From a virus (taxonomy: Duplodnaviria; Caudoviricetes), in the IMG/VR virus record IMGVR_UViG_3300037455_000173, positions 32,001-96,000 of that record: 64,000 bases of DNA. The stretch is one strand, 5' to 3'. The position numbers and the translations under genes are program-made. This document shows, in pieces, positions 20,221-30,003 of this stretch (its first letter is position 1; each line of letters starts with the position of its first letter). The notes beneath the pieces are model-generated. The model saw nothing but the letters and a program-made list of their open reading frames with translations, did not search any database and was not told the DNA's origin.

Positions 20221-20427
20221 TTAATACCCATTATATGCTTCCTTATAATGGCAGGTTATGTAGTCATCGATATATTCTTTAGCATCTCCTAGCGTAGACT
20301 CGTAACTCATAAATGTACCGTCTGGCATTTCTACTGCCCAGGCATGCTGAAGTAGGTCATGGGTTATAGTCCAACCTCTATATAGATACACACCCATTTC
20401 TAGCTTCTTTGCTTTAGATACTGCCAT
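20221..20427 (-). CDS. Hypothetical protein
   Basis: YRGWTI...AKEYID. Confidence 0.6.
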   Translation of the reverse strand: MAVSKAKKLEMGVYLYRGWTITHDLLQHAWAVEMPDGTFMSYESTLGDAKEYIDDYITCHYKEAYNGY

Positions 20428-20431
20428 ACGA

Positions 20432-20773
20432 TTACTCCTTCCCTAGCTGAGCTGCTAACTCTGCGTCTATGTCAACAAAACCGCAGTCATTAACATATAG
20501 AGTTCGTATCGAACCGTCCTCTTCTGTTATCTGGATTACGTCGCTTACGCTAAGGGAGTGTCCGTCAAAATCTGCTGGGTGATTACAATTAAACTCCCAA
20601 TAGATAGAATCCGGAGTAGCTTCTGATTTACTACGCATACCAGTATAGATATGCTCATACATTTTCGGGTCGATTGAACCGAACTCACGCTCGATAAATT
20701 CGTATGACTTGAACAGGCGTTCATCTGCTTCATCACTATCTTTAAGCTGCCAGATATCGATTCTCTTTTCCAT
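20432..20773 (-). CDS. YodL-like domain protein
   Basis: IWQLK..Y.HIY..FN.NHPADF.GHSLSVSDVI..YVND.GF; start reassigned behind AAGGAGGT. Confidence 0.85.
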   Translation of the reverse strand: MEKRIDIWQLKDSDEADERLFKSYEFIEREFGSIDPKMYEHIYTGMRSKSEATPDSIYWEFNCNHPADFDGHSLSVSDVIQITEEDGSIRTLYVNDCGFVDIDAELAAQLGKE

Positions 20774-20849
20774 AGGTACCTCCTTAAGATTTATGTGTTT
20801 GTTTATTGTACCTATATTATAACACATTAAGACGTGGGTAACGAAGTTA

Positions 20850-21071
20850 TTAGTTACTCTTAAACATATAGTTGATAAGCTTAGAAAGACCTATACCGAT
20901 AGCAATACCAGCATACGCCATGAGAACACCTTTCGTTTCATAGTGGTCTCTGAGCTTATTAGCATCGTCCTTACTATACTTCTTAGCTTCCTTTACTAAG
21001 CTACTAAAGTTTCTGTCGTCGCTAGAATCAAAATAATTTCTAGACATATACATCCTCCTTTCTATTAGCAA
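20850..21071 (-). CDS. Small protein with C-terminal TM helix
   Basis: GVLMAYAGIAIGIGL; true start may be downstream. Confidence 0.55.
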   Translation of the reverse strand: MLIERRMYMSRNYFDSSDDRNFSSLVKEAKKYSKDDANKLRDHYETKGVLMAYAGIAIGIGLSKLINYMFKSN

Positions 21072-21262
21072 TGTCGTCTAAAGTCATAATAGGTATAATC
21101 ATCATCCAAGAACTTTGCTTCAGCCGCTGAGCGCCAATCATCGTTGGTTAGCTCATAACCGCTCTCACGCAATTCATCACTATCTTTCCCCTCACTGTCG
21201 AGATAATCCCAGACATCGTCCTCGTCAACCTGAACTTCACAGGTTACTTCATACCTTCTCAT
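21065..21262 (-). CDS. Acidic hypothetical protein
   Basis: Operon ORF. Confidence 0.55.
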   Translation of the reverse strand: MRRYEVTCEVQVDEDDVWDYLDSEGKDSDELRESGYELTNDDWRSAAEAKFLDDDYTYYDFRRHC

Positions 21263-21265
21263 TAT

Positions 21266-21517
21266 TCAATTCCTTTCATACATCTTACGTACCTTAACCA
21301 ATGTATCTGCCAGCATTTCCCAGTCTAGCATAGCTCTATGCTTTGTAGATTCACAGATTAAGGGCTTAACATGACACTCTGGGTTAAAACAACCAGCAAC
21401 CCAGACTTTCTTGTCTATATTCTGCATCTCGATTGGATAGTCACAGAGTGGGCACTTTCTATGCACCTCATAGCGAACCAGAACGTGCTCTTTTAATGTA
21501 GTATTAGTCTTATTCAT
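21266..21517 (-). CDS. Zinc-ribbon hypothetical protein
   Basis: CPLC...C.NPEC. Confidence 0.55.
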   Translation of the reverse strand: MNKTNTTLKEHVLVRYEVHRKCPLCDYPIEMQNIDKKVWVAGCFNPECHVKPLICESTKHRAMLDWEMLADTLVKVRKMYERN

Positions 21518-21527
21518 ACGCTAATCC

Positions 21528-22046
21528 TCAATTGTCGAGCTCATGATATAATTTATCAGGCGTAATTCCTAGACTATTAAGCCAATCAGCACACTCTTCA
21601 GCTATACGATAACTACTAAAGAATACTGTCGGGTAGGCTAATGTGTAGCAATAACTACTTGAATATTTTTTCTCATCAACACTATATAACACATAATGCT
21701 TCTGGGCATGGCTATTAGTCCAATCAGGACAATAATCGAGGTCATAAGCAGCTTTATAGGCTAACAGCATGTCATTAAGTTTCTTGTTAGCATATGCTAA
21801 TTTAGCTAAAGATTGGTTTACATAATACTGATAGGGATTTTTCTCATTCTCAGTGAACTCAAAACTACCATGTCCTATCAGACAAGACTGGTTGAGAAAA
21901 TAAGAACGAGAATTATTAATCTTATTGATATACTCGATGGGAGCAATTTCTGGTTTCTCCTCGACCGTGTCGCACTCTTTCTCGATTTCCGCAAACCGTT
22001 TCAGATATTCCTCTGTTAATGCTTTCAATTTTTCTGCCTTTGTCAT
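21528..22046 (-). CDS. Hypothetical protein
   Basis: AGGAGGT RBS; PDW.N....K.Y...VFFSS...A. Confidence 0.65.
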   Translation of the reverse strand: MTKAEKLKALTEEYLKRFAEIEKECDTVEEKPEIAPIEYINKINNSRSYFLNQSCLIGHGSFEFTENEKNPYQYYVNQSLAKLAYANKKLNDMLLAYKAAYDLDYCPDWTNSHAQKHYVLYSVDEKKYSSSYCYTLAYPTVFFSSYRIAEECADWLNSLGITPDKLYHELDN

Positions 22047-22068
22047 ATAACTACCTCCTAGATTTGGC

Positions 22069-22473
22069 TTAGTCGCCATAATAACCTATATCATACAAAT
22101 CAGATAATCTAACCATATGTAACCCATCATTTTCGTCTTCAACTACCCAGATAGAGTCTAGACTTGTAATAGCAAACTGCACCTCACCGATAAGCACTAC
22201 ACTACCAAATTTATCTGATGTAGCGCAATCACCTGGTTGTGGTTCATCAGTACGACTAACAAATGATGACATATTTTCTAACCTCGCTTTCTTTTGTTCT
22301 GCTAATAGCTTCCTGTACTCATCTTCTAGCTTTATAAGATGATTAAGTTGATTTATCAAGCTCAGCGTGAACCGTTTACCACAAGCACGCGAGGTTATCC
22401 ACGGCACATTATTGTGTATGCCTGCAGTTAACCCCTCGATTAGTTGTTGTGGTGTTAGAATCTCGTAAGGCAT
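22069..22473 (-). CDS. Hypothetical protein
   Basis: Promoter and RBS upstream. Confidence 0.6.
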   Translation of the reverse strand: MPYEILTPQQLIEGLTAGIHNNVPWITSRACGKRFTLSLINQLNHLIKLEDEYRKLLAEQKKARLENMSSFVSRTDEPQPGDCATSDKFGSVVLIGEVQFAITSLDSIWVVEDENDGLHMVRLSDLYDIGYYGD

Positions 22474-22536
22474 GCTAAATCATCTCCTTGTACAATATAT
22501 AAATATTATAACACATAAACACCACAGCAACGAAGT

Positions 22537-22983
22537 TTATAACTTATCGATATCGTTTTTCACTCTATCGAGTATCGATATCAACTTGTGGCATATGTCC
22601 ATATCAGATATTGTATATAATAACCCTAACCTGTTGGCAGAATTGATATACGCAAGGAGTCGGATAATAAAATCCTCCTTCATGAATATATCTATATCGA
22701 TTTTATTACAATAATAGACAGCCTGGTCGCCTTTCATTCTGATGGCAGAATTAAATAGATATGCTGACTTGTCAGACAATATAGCACGCCATACCCAATC
22801 TAGAATAGCTGATTCTAAAGCGAATGTAGCTATAATCTCCTCTTCCTGAATATCGTTATATTCCATTTGATTATATTCTGACGCATGACGTAAGAATCGT
22901 TCTTTATGTGCTTCGTAATCCGTTCTTATCTTCTCTACCAACTGGTCAGCTAATTTTCTATGTTCTTCTTGATTTTCCCACAT
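22537..22983 (-). CDS. Hypothetical protein
   Basis: GGAGG RBS. Confidence 0.6.
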   Translation of the reverse strand: MWENQEEHRKLADQLVEKIRTDYEAHKERFLRHASEYNQMEYNDIQEEEIIATFALESAILDWVWRAILSDKSAYLFNSAIRMKGDQAVYYCNKIDIDIFMKEDFIIRLLAYINSANRLGLLYTISDMDICHKLISILDRVKNDIDKL

Positions 22984-22986
22984 CGT

Positions 22987-23364
22987 TCAATCCTCCGGAT
23001 TTATTACCTTAGCTGCGTCCTCTTCAATCTGTATCATAGTTAGTTGAAGAGTATTCAGTTCGGTTTGGAGGTCATCGATAATCTCAGGTAGATATTCCCA
23101 ATAGCCTTCATCGTGAAGTCGATAAATACCCTTACCTCTTAGTCCAGTTTCCCAGCCCATCTCTTCATATAGGTACTGAGCCACTTCTTCAGGATTGTCT
23201 CTAATAAGCATATAGCAATATGAATTAAACCTATCTTGGTTAATTCTATTGAGATTCTCGTCATAGACAAGAAAACTATGCTCCCGCCTTTCGATTTTAG
23301 CTTCGTGTGCTAAACATTCTTCTTTCGTGTCGAATACTTTACCGTCATCTGCTAGATATTTCAT
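22987..23364 (-). CDS. Hypothetical protein
   Basis: Common phage start KYLADDGKVFDTKEECLAHE. Confidence 0.65.
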   Translation of the reverse strand: MKYLADDGKVFDTKEECLAHEAKIERREHSFLVYDENLNRINQDRFNSYCYMLIRDNPEEVAQYLYEEMGWETGLRGKGIYRLHDEGYWEYLPEIIDDLQTELNTLQLTMIQIEEDAAKVINPED

Positions 23365-23367
23365 TAT

Positions 23368-23751
23368 TTACTCCTTCTTTGCTGTAGGAAAATAAGCTCC
23401 TACCTTACGTCTTATAGGTGAATATTCATATACAACATAAGCAAGCAAATGTCCTTCGAACTCACTAGAAGTAATGCTTACTACCTTATAATCACGATTA
23501 TCTTTTAGATAGTCATTGATGTAATCCCGAATAGCTAAAGGACTACCTCCATACACTTCTACGAACTGTCTAGCTTGATACGAACGTAACTTAAAGACTA
23601 TCGTAGATGAACAATGCCAATCTAATCTTTGCAAATTCTTATCTATCAACTCATATTCTGGATTGTCTTCTAAGAAATCAGCAATATAGTCGTCTATCTC
23701 TTTTTCAGTACCCATGTACTGCATGGTAATAATTTCTTGTTTATTCTCCAC
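23368..23751 (-). CDS. Hypothetical protein with internal duplication
   Basis: IDDYIADFL / IRDYINDYL. Confidence 0.6.
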   Translation of the reverse strand: MENKQEIITMQYMGTEKEIDDYIADFLEDNPEYELIDKNLQRLDWHCSSTIVFKLRSYQARQFVEVYGGSPLAIRDYINDYLKDNRDYKVVSITSSEFEGHLLAYVVYEYSPIRRKVGAYFPTAKKE

Positions 23752-23755
23752 CGAC

Positions 23756-24199
23756 TTACTCCTCCTCTGTGTACGTTCCGTCGGTATTCTTCTTAAGATG
23801 AATACCCGCTGCTAGAACGTCCTTGATAGTAGCAAGTCTAGACTCCTCATTAACCTGTATTACGAAGTCTAATAGAGACTCACGAGTTAAATCTGGTCTA
23901 TTTTTAAGTAATATTTCGATTACCTTTTCTTTAATCCTAGCGTTACCTTCAACCAAACCATATTTAGCAAGTGCTGTTCGATAACCGTTAAAGAAGTTCT
24001 GTATTAAATTAGGTGACATTACCTCTCTAAACCATAATAGTTGTGCTACCTGCACAGAATCTAGTCTTTTTCTCATATTAAGCAGTGCTTCCATACCGAA
24101 CAGCTCTTCCTGAACAGCAAAATCATCAGACTTTACTAGCACTGACAAACATAGATGTAGAAAAGTCATATCAGCAGTCCAACGTTCGTTCATTTTCAA
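23756..24199 (-). CDS. Hypothetical protein
   Basis: AGGAGG RBS. Confidence 0.6.
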   Translation of the reverse strand: MKMNERWTADMTFLHLCLSVLVKSDDFAVQEELFGMEALLNMRKRLDSVQVAQLLWFREVMSPNLIQNFFNGYRTALAKYGLVEGNARIKEKVIEILLKNRPDLTRESLLDFVIQVNEESRLATIKDVLAAGIHLKKNTDGTYTEEE

Positions 24200-24486
24200 T
24201 CCTCCTTATCCCGGTCGTATAATCTGGCTTTTTCTTCCACTTCTTCAGCTTTTCTATCCCAGCCGTATAGTCTAGCTTTTTCTTTCAATTCTTCAGCTTT
24301 TCTTAACCGTTCTGCTTTAGTCTCTATGCTATCGCGAACTGTCATATAACCTGCGAAAAGACAGCCAGCTGCAATTATAATTTTATGTCCTTCTTTATTC
24401 TTTAGAATAGCGATAAGACATAATGCGGTAGCTAAGATGCAATTGATAACACCGAGAATAAATTTCGGTAGATTAATTATCTTCAT
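24196..24486 (-). CDS. Small two-TM membrane protein
   Basis: Two hydrophobic helices plus charged tail. Confidence 0.6.
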   Translation of the reverse strand: MKIINLPKFILGVINCILATALCLIAILKNKEGHKIIIAAGCLFAGYMTVRDSIETKAERLRKAEELKEKARLYGWDRKAEEVEEKARLYDRDKED

Positions 24487-24658
24487 TCTTCGCACCGTCC
24501 TTTCTTTCTCGCAGCTGACCACTTTTAGATTCTATTTCTTCTGCGGCTTCATCAGATACCAGTTGTCCTGCCTCTACATGCGTGTTGCACGTATCACAGC
24601 AACCACTAATATCAGATGCATCCATTCCGATATAACCCCCGCAGTTCGGACAAATCAT
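24473..24658 (-). CDS. Zinc-ribbon protein
   Basis: CPNCG..CDTC. Confidence 0.5.
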   Translation of the reverse strand: MICPNCGGYIGMDASDISGCCDTCNTHVEAGQLVSDEAAEEIESKSGQLRERKDGAKNEDN

Positions 24659-25104
24659 TATAAATCCTCCTTGAATGGTTTCTTGTCGAGACCTGCCATC
24701 TTATAGATTTCTTCAGCATTTATCCTAGGCCAGTATTCTCGTTTTTCGCACATATCAATAATCTGTTGAGCAGTCATATGCTTATCTGCAGCTTCTAACG
24801 CCATACGGAGTGTTTCGATAGCTTTTTCTCCTGCACCTTCACCATTATCTCTATCATAGAGACTTGTATCGATAATATCAGGTGCGATATCTATTTTCAT
24901 TACCTTACCATTAAGATAGTCGAAATAGATTTCTTCTTTACCGTTCATTCCTATATGACGAGCTTGTTCGATACACTTCTTAGCTTTCTGAATATCCAGG
25001 TCACCCGTATAACCTAAGAAACTCATGCCCTGCATTTTTGAAGCCTGCCAAAGTGCTACCAACACCTTTGACTTATCCAGTCCGGTGATATCTACTATTG
25101 CCAT
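24658..25104 (-). CDS. Conserved viral hypothetical protein
   Basis: VDITGLDK..VL.AL..AS..QGM.FL...YFDYL.GKVMK.D...LYDRDNG; start reassigned behind AGGAGG. Confidence 0.65.
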   Translation of the reverse strand: MAIVDITGLDKSKVLVALWQASKMQGMSFLGYTGDLDIQKAKKCIEQARHIGMNGKEEIYFDYLNGKVMKIDIAPDIIDTSLYDRDNGEGAGEKAIETLRMALEAADKHMTAQQIIDMCEKREYWPRINAEEIYKMAGLDKKPFKEDL

Positions 25105-25180
25105 AGATAATTCCTCCTTTGTGGTTACCCACATCATATTGTACCATATTATAACACATTGCGACATATTATCACGAAGT

Positions 25181-25498
25181 TTATCGAATGTGTGACGCTT
25201 GCCAACGCTGTAGCCAGATAAAGAACAAGATGGTTTCAAATTCTTCCTTCTCTCTAAAGGCTCTCAGTATGAACGGCGAAAGGTACGCCGCTAATCCATG
25301 TATAGTTACACCACGTATCAAGCAGTTATCATGAGCATCGTAAAGACGGTATGAATAACTATGCTCATTGTAATACTCTAGCTTGAATTTTAGATGAATC
25401 GGACCAGTTATCGAGTATAGCTCTGCAAACCAAGGCATCGGCCATGCATTCCATATCTTAGGTTCGAGATACTCAGCTAACTCGTCTATGCTAATCAT
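25181..25498 (-). CDS. Hypothetical protein, paralog of 18601..18873
   Basis: See paralog. Confidence 0.65.
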   Translation of the reverse strand: MISIDELAEYLEPKIWNAWPMPWFAELYSITGPIHLKFKLEYYNEHSYSYRLYDAHDNCLIRGVTIHGLAAYLSPFILRAFREKEEFETILFFIWLQRWQASHIR

Positions 25499-25516
25499 AA
25501 TATCACCCTTGCTTGA

Positions 25517-25768
25517 TTATAGATTTTTAAGTTGCTGTTCAGCATCATACAGTTGCCGTTCAAGGCGATATCGTATCTCATTAAGGATAAGATTACGAAC
25601 ACACCCGACGGGAACGGTTACATAGGATTCATAAGTCTTGCGACCGTCTTTAGCAGCTATGCTTACTTCCGGTGCTTCTTGAATATATGTTAGGTCATCT
25701 AGCATTCTTTTTAATGCCTTAATTTTATCAGATAGCCTATTAGCTTCCTCAAGTCTTTCTAGAGTCAC
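25517..25768 (-). CDS. Hypothetical protein
   Basis: GAGGTG RBS. Confidence 0.6.
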   Translation of the reverse strand: MTLERLEEANRLSDKIKALKRMLDDLTYIQEAPEVSIAAKDGRKTYESYVTVPVGCVRNLILNEIRYRLERQLYDAEQQLKNL

Positions 25769-25777
25769 GACGTCACC

Positions 25778-26068
25778 TCATCTCTGAGCATCTAACCGAG
25801 CTCTTCTCTTGATATAACAGCTCGGACAAGTGCATTTGCCTTCCAGCCAAACCATATCGTCATAGTTGACTGACTGCTGACAGTCCGGACAAAGACGATA
25901 GTCCTCTCTGTGCTCTGAAGATAGATTAACCCCAACGGTATAAGGCTGCTGAGCATCGTAAGATGCACAGCTGTCTGAATAGGGGTCGTCAATCGAAAGT
26001 CTTCCGAGTGTACAGACGTGACCTTCTGAGTGGTCACAGAATCTACAAGTTATACAATGATTATCCAT
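25778..26068 (-). CDS. Cys-rich zinc-binding protein
   Basis: Several CxxC. Confidence 0.6.
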   Translation of the reverse strand: MDNHCITCRFCDHSEGHVCTLGRLSIDDPYSDSCASYDAQQPYTVGVNLSSEHREDYRLCPDCQQSVNYDDMVWLEGKCTCPSCYIKRRARLDAQR

Positions 26069-26070
26069 AA

Positions 26071-26460
26071 TTAGTCCTCCTTATGATATCCGGTATATAG
26101 CTGGTCCCAGCAGTCTGAGCAATTGCCACCTGAAGCATCACATAGACAATAGTCACGACTAAAGAGTGTATAATGATGTGGACACCCAGATACTCCGTAA
26201 ATGTATGTATCACCTGTCTTCCTGGGATATATAGCGTTAACAAGGTCTCGCAACGGTTTGCCTATATATTCTGAAAATTCTTTAGGTTTATTAGCATGAC
26301 GTTTGATTTTATTCTTATCAGTGCCATAATCCTTCGGTATGCTAGATACATCCTCGACAATGTCGTAGACGACCTTTACATCTGCAAGGAACTGAGGATT
26401 GTCTTCTAGAACAGTCGATAACTTGTCATACTCAGCTTGCGTACAAATTATCTTTGCCAT
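26071..26460 (-). CDS. Hypothetical protein sharing domain with 19647..20135
   Basis: Start MAKIIC behind AGGAGGT. Confidence 0.65.
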   Translation of the reverse strand: MAKIICTQAEYDKLSTVLEDNPQFLADVKVVYDIVEDVSSIPKDYGTDKNKIKRHANKPKEFSEYIGKPLRDLVNAIYPRKTGDTYIYGVSGCPHHYTLFSRDYCLCDASGGNCSDCWDQLYTGYHKED

Positions 26461-26464
26461 AAGA

Positions 26465-26686
26465 TTACCTCCTTGCTTGTTCGTCCGGAGTACGAAGCCA
26501 CTCATATCTTGGCAGCGTATCAATCTGTTCTGCTGTGAGATTACCCAGCAGAATTCTTCGAGCTGTATCCTTAGCGTTCGGAACCTTTCCAGCGAAACTC
26601 TCCGCTTTTCTAAAATAGTGATACTCTGCTTGCTCCAGGTCATCTGTATCCCTGAAAATACCGCTACCCACTTCTATCAGTGCCAT
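26465..26686 (-). CDS. Hypothetical protein
   Basis: AGGAGGT RBS. Confidence 0.6.
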   Translation of the reverse strand: MALIEVGSGIFRDTDDLEQAEYHYFRKAESFAGKVPNAKDTARRILLGNLTAEQIDTLPRYEWLRTPDEQARR

Positions 26687-26698
26687 ATAAGTACCTCC

Positions 26699-26896
26699 TT
26701 ATCCTAATGCGTCCCAGAATTCTTTAGAAGTAATCTGGTAAATCTTCGTGGGGTCATAGGCATCTGCTATGATTACCTCACCATTCTGCTCGTACATCGA
26801 GACTATCACTCTTTTACCGTCACCGTGTTTACCAATTATGCTATCCTGTACTCGATTTTCTTCATTCAAGTCACGTTTTATGGATAAATCTTTCAT
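26699..26896 (-). CDS. Hypothetical protein
   Basis: Promoter plus AGGAGG RBS. Confidence 0.6.
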   Translation of the reverse strand: MKDLSIKRDLNEENRVQDSIIGKHGDGKRVIVSMYEQNGEVIIADAYDPTKIYQITSKEFWDALG

Positions 26897-27012
26897 ACTC
26901 GGTCCCTCCTTGTGTTGTATTACTGTACCTATATTATAACATAAAACGGTACGAAACACGAAGTTGCGTACCGCCACTTTATGGTACATGAAGCACCTTC
27001 AGAAGTATAATA

Positions 27013-27498
27013 TCACCTCTCTATCTTCTCAAAATAGTAGTTCGACGGGTCCAGAACATTCCAACGTATTCTCTCCTCGAACTCATTACTCAGCTCATAG
27101 AAGTATTCACACTCAGATTCCTGAATTTGAATTATGTCATTGACCGAGTTAATAGCCAGCCAACAATGCGACGCAACAGGCTGTAGGTTTTCGTCCCAGA
27201 GAGGTATTTGACCTACCAACTGTATGTCTTCTTTCTTACGTTGTGCCATTATTCCAGGTCTAGGTGCGGCAGCCTTAACCACTTCTTGAGTTACAATGCG
27301 CAGAGCATCAGGTCTAACGTCATAGGTACGTCCTTGCCACTGAACGCGAGCCCAGACTCCTTCCATGTTCATCCAGAGCTTGTCGAAATGAACAGGACGC
27401 CCAGCTGGGATATTTGCATAACCACGAGCAAGCTGAGTTTTCCAATCTCCGTCGCTACATTCACGCTTAGTCGTAAAATTCCTGATTGTTTCTGCCAT
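27013..27498 (-). CDS. Hypothetical protein
   Basis: GAGGAGG RBS. Confidence 0.6.
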   Translation of the reverse strand: MAETIRNFTTKRECSDGDWKTQLARGYANIPAGRPVHFDKLWMNMEGVWARVQWQGRTYDVRPDALRIVTQEVVKAAAPRPGIMAQRKKEDIQLVGQIPLWDENLQPVASHCWLAINSVNDIIQIQESECEYFYELSNEFEERIRWNVLDPSNYYFEKIER

Positions 27499-28123
27499 AT
27501 TCAATCCTCCTCTCCCTTAGAGCTGCACGGAGTGCGCAGTATCTAAGTTTTGCTTCATTCAATTCCCTATTATCAGTAAGCCCTCCGGTATATCGTAAAT
27601 CTGCTAGCCATGACTTAGGTATAGCACGGAGATTGTCAAGGTTATAATTCATGATATCACCATCGAGATGAATCAGCTTCATGTCGTCAGACAGCTTACC
27701 ATTCGCACGCTCCCAGACAGCGGTGCTGGCATACTCAATGCGGTCGTCTAGTTCAACGCCAACATCACCGCCCTTATAGAATGCGGGTAGACCGTGGCGG
27801 ATAATCAGGTCACCTTCCTGATATTTCTGCTCAGCAAAAACCAAGCCGCCCTTAGACTTCTCCCAGCTTTCATCGGTGTAGTGCTTTCGATACTCTTCAC
27901 CTTGTAAACCAGTTTGCCAGGAGCGGTGACCATCCTTGAACCTACCGTCGTTACCGTTATGTAAACCTCGCTTGTTACACCAGCTGGTTACAGTTGTTTT
28001 CGCATACGATGTACCGAACGTAGCGTTGAAACCTTCAGCCAGCTGTGCTCTGCTTTCCTTCGGCGCGTGCTCACGCAGATAGGATTCTTGCTCCTCGGTG
28101 AGCTTGTGATGTGCAGATGTCAT
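27467..28123 (-). CDS. HNH-family protein with N-terminal HTH (degenerate HNH)
   Basis: LTEEQESYLREH..LAEGFN.TFG; VWE.ANG..IHLDGD..N..LDNL. Confidence 0.7.
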   Translation of the reverse strand: MTSAHHKLTEEQESYLREHAPKESRAQLAEGFNATFGTSYAKTTVTSWCNKRGLHNGNDGRFKDGHRSWQTGLQGEEYRKHYTDESWEKSKGGLVFAEQKYQEGDLIIRHGLPAFYKGGDVGVELDDRIEYASTAVWERANGKLSDDMKLIHLDGDIMNYNLDNLRAIPKSWLADLRYTGGLTDNRELNEAKLRYCALRAALRERRIEYGRNNQEFYD

Positions 28124-28329
28124 CCGACTATACGGTCGATACGGTCATTACGACCCGATAGCTTGTCCGCCCTCAAGATAACGTCTGAGTTATTTATCAT
28201 CTGTTTAGCGATTCTCGCAACCGCTTCTGCATTAGCCAAAGCCTTAGCATGCTCTTCTGGCTGCGTCTGGGTATCCAGTACATCGGAAAGAGCACGAGAC
28301 AGGCAGTCCTGCAACTCAATCATAGTCAT
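28120..28329 (-). CDS. Conserved phage protein adjacent to HNH gene
   Basis: AEAVARIAKQMINNS. Confidence 0.6.
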   Translation of the reverse strand: MTMIELQDCLSRALSDVLDTQTQPEEHAKALANAEAVARIAKQMINNSDVILRADKLSGRNDRIDRIVG

Positions 28330-28332
28330 ATT

Positions 28333-28545
28333 CTAGTCCTCCTTATTGAAAATCCGTGCTGCCTTCTCTGCGATTCGCGTTGCGGTTGGTAAACCTACTT
28401 CCCAGCCGATGTACTTTCTGTGGCAGTCTTCGCAGCCTTCGAACCGTTGCTCTTCATTACCACGACAGTTGTCGCAGTAGGCGTGGCGTAATTCATGTTG
28501 AATGAACTTAATCAGTTCTGTTTGCTTTTTATCATTCATGGTCAT
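28333..28545 (-). CDS. Cys-rich hypothetical protein
   Basis: YCDNC..CEDCHRK. Confidence 0.55.
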   Translation of the reverse strand: MTMNDKKQTELIKFIQHELRHAYCDNCRGNEEQRFEGCEDCHRKYIGWEVGLPTATRIAEKAARIFNKED

Positions 28546-28906
28546 TCTCCTCTCCAATAAGCGCACGGGCTTCATCAGCGTAACGCCACTTAAAGCTGTC
28601 ATCGTAAGCACAGTTCTGTCTTTGTTTTATACACTCACTGCAATTATAATCTTCATCACACGGTAGAAACATATTCAGTACGTTTGCCGCAGATTTCAGA
28701 ATCCGCTTTGTTTCTACCAGCTCCGCTACTGTATCTCTCAGCATTTTATCACGCTTTTCGAGTGCTTTCTGATTTTCTTCTGCACAATCTTGATATCCTT
28801 GCAAATAGATAAGAGCCTGTTCATCGGTATACCCATACTTTTCTTTTATGCGGCTAAATATACCCTTTATGAGTTTCTGTAATTCGTTCTCAGCCATTTT
28901 CATCAC
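28532..28906 (-). CDS. Hypothetical protein
   Basis: AGGAGGTG RBS. Confidence 0.6.
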   Translation of the reverse strand: MMKMAENELQKLIKGIFSRIKEKYGYTDEQALIYLQGYQDCAEENQKALEKRDKMLRDTVAELVETKRILKSAANVLNMFLPCDEDYNCSECIKQRQNCAYDDSFKWRYADEARALIGEENDHE

Positions 28907-29225
28907 CTCCTGACAAATAGCCTGTCATGTTTTTCAACAAGGTTTCTACTTCATGCCTTGTTGATGTGTTTTCAATTTCGCATTCGAGCAGATATCCTAA
29001 TACTCGGTTACACACTCTAATGATGCTTTTGGCTTCTTTCAACTCCGTCAACCACTCGGCAAGCTGTCTGTGGTCTGCGGCGCATTTTGTGCAACCCATA
29101 TCTTTGCCATTCTTTAAACTCATGCAATTTTTCATTCCGTCACAAGGGCAAGGACATAGTGAATATAATCTGCTCTGCTCTTCTGCCACTTCAAGGCAGT
29201 GAGAAATTGCTTCATCTATTGTCAT
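28890..29225 (-). CDS. Hypothetical phage protein
   Basis: MTIDEAI.HC...C..DHRQLAEWL.EL. Confidence 0.65.
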   Translation of the reverse strand: MTIDEAISHCLEVAEEQSRLYSLCPCPCDGMKNCMSLKNGKDMGCTKCAADHRQLAEWLTELKEAKSIIRVCNRVLGYLLECEIENTSTRHEVETLLKNMTGYLSGGDENG

Positions 29226-29484
29226 TCAGCTCACCGTCCTTTTTCTTCCTAAAGACTATCTCATATTCCGAGTTAGGATAGCTAATAATTCTCTCTAAGC
29301 TTTGACCACTTTCAAGCTCTGTTTCTTCTGCGGATTCTTCATACTGCTCTTGCATCCACGCCCAAAAAGCGGCGACAACTTCATCAGTAACGTCAGACTT
29401 ATTAACCCACCGTTTCTTATCCTTTGTGAGCGTTCCTGCGTATATAACACCTGCAAAGCCTATACCAACATGATACTCTGCCAT
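29212..29484 (-). CDS. Hypothetical phage protein
   Basis: IYAGTL....W..K.DVTDE. Confidence 0.6.
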   Translation of the reverse strand: MAEYHVGIGFAGVIYAGTLTKDKKRWVNKSDVTDEVVAAFWAWMQEQYEESAEETELESGQSLERIISYPNSEYEIVFRKKKDGELNDNR

Positions 29485-29676
29485 TTTTCATTCCTCCCAT
29501 AAAAGTGAAATTCTATTCGTATCTCTTGCTGTCAGGACCATCTGCACATTGAATTATCATGTCGCAAGGATAGCCATGTAGTGGACAATATAATTCTGTT
29601 CCTCCTTGAAAGTCTTCTGCTTCTGTGGACTTAGAACATTTCTTACAACGTTCTAATCTTTGTAATTCTGAATCTG

Positions 29677-30003
29677 TCATTCTACATCACCTTCCTTTAA
29701 GTCCATCTTTGCACCACAGTTAGGACAGAAAGCATATGACGATACTCTGCCGAATTTGCTGTGTGTATCATTTTTACAGTTGGTACAATCAGCCCACCAG
29801 ACATCATCTTCTAGATATTCATTTACCCACCGTCCGTGGCATATAGTCTGAACATCTGCGGGAGGTATTTCCGATATTACAATATTAACAGCACTCTTAA
29901 GCCAAGCAATCAATTCTGGATACTTCCGCATATCATCAGCATACTTGCTATGCATAGCCTTTTCTACGTCTGATTTTCTTATATATCCATCAGCCATCTT
30001 CAC
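29677..30003 (-). CDS. Zinc-ribbon phage protein
   Basis: P.ADV...HGRW...C..C...FCPNCGAKM. Confidence 0.7.
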   Translation of the reverse strand: MKMADGYIRKSDVEKAMHSKYADDMRKYPELIAWLKSAVNIVISEIPPADVQTICHGRWVNEYLEDDVWWADCTNCKNDTHSKFGRVSSYAFCPNCGAKMDLKEGDVE

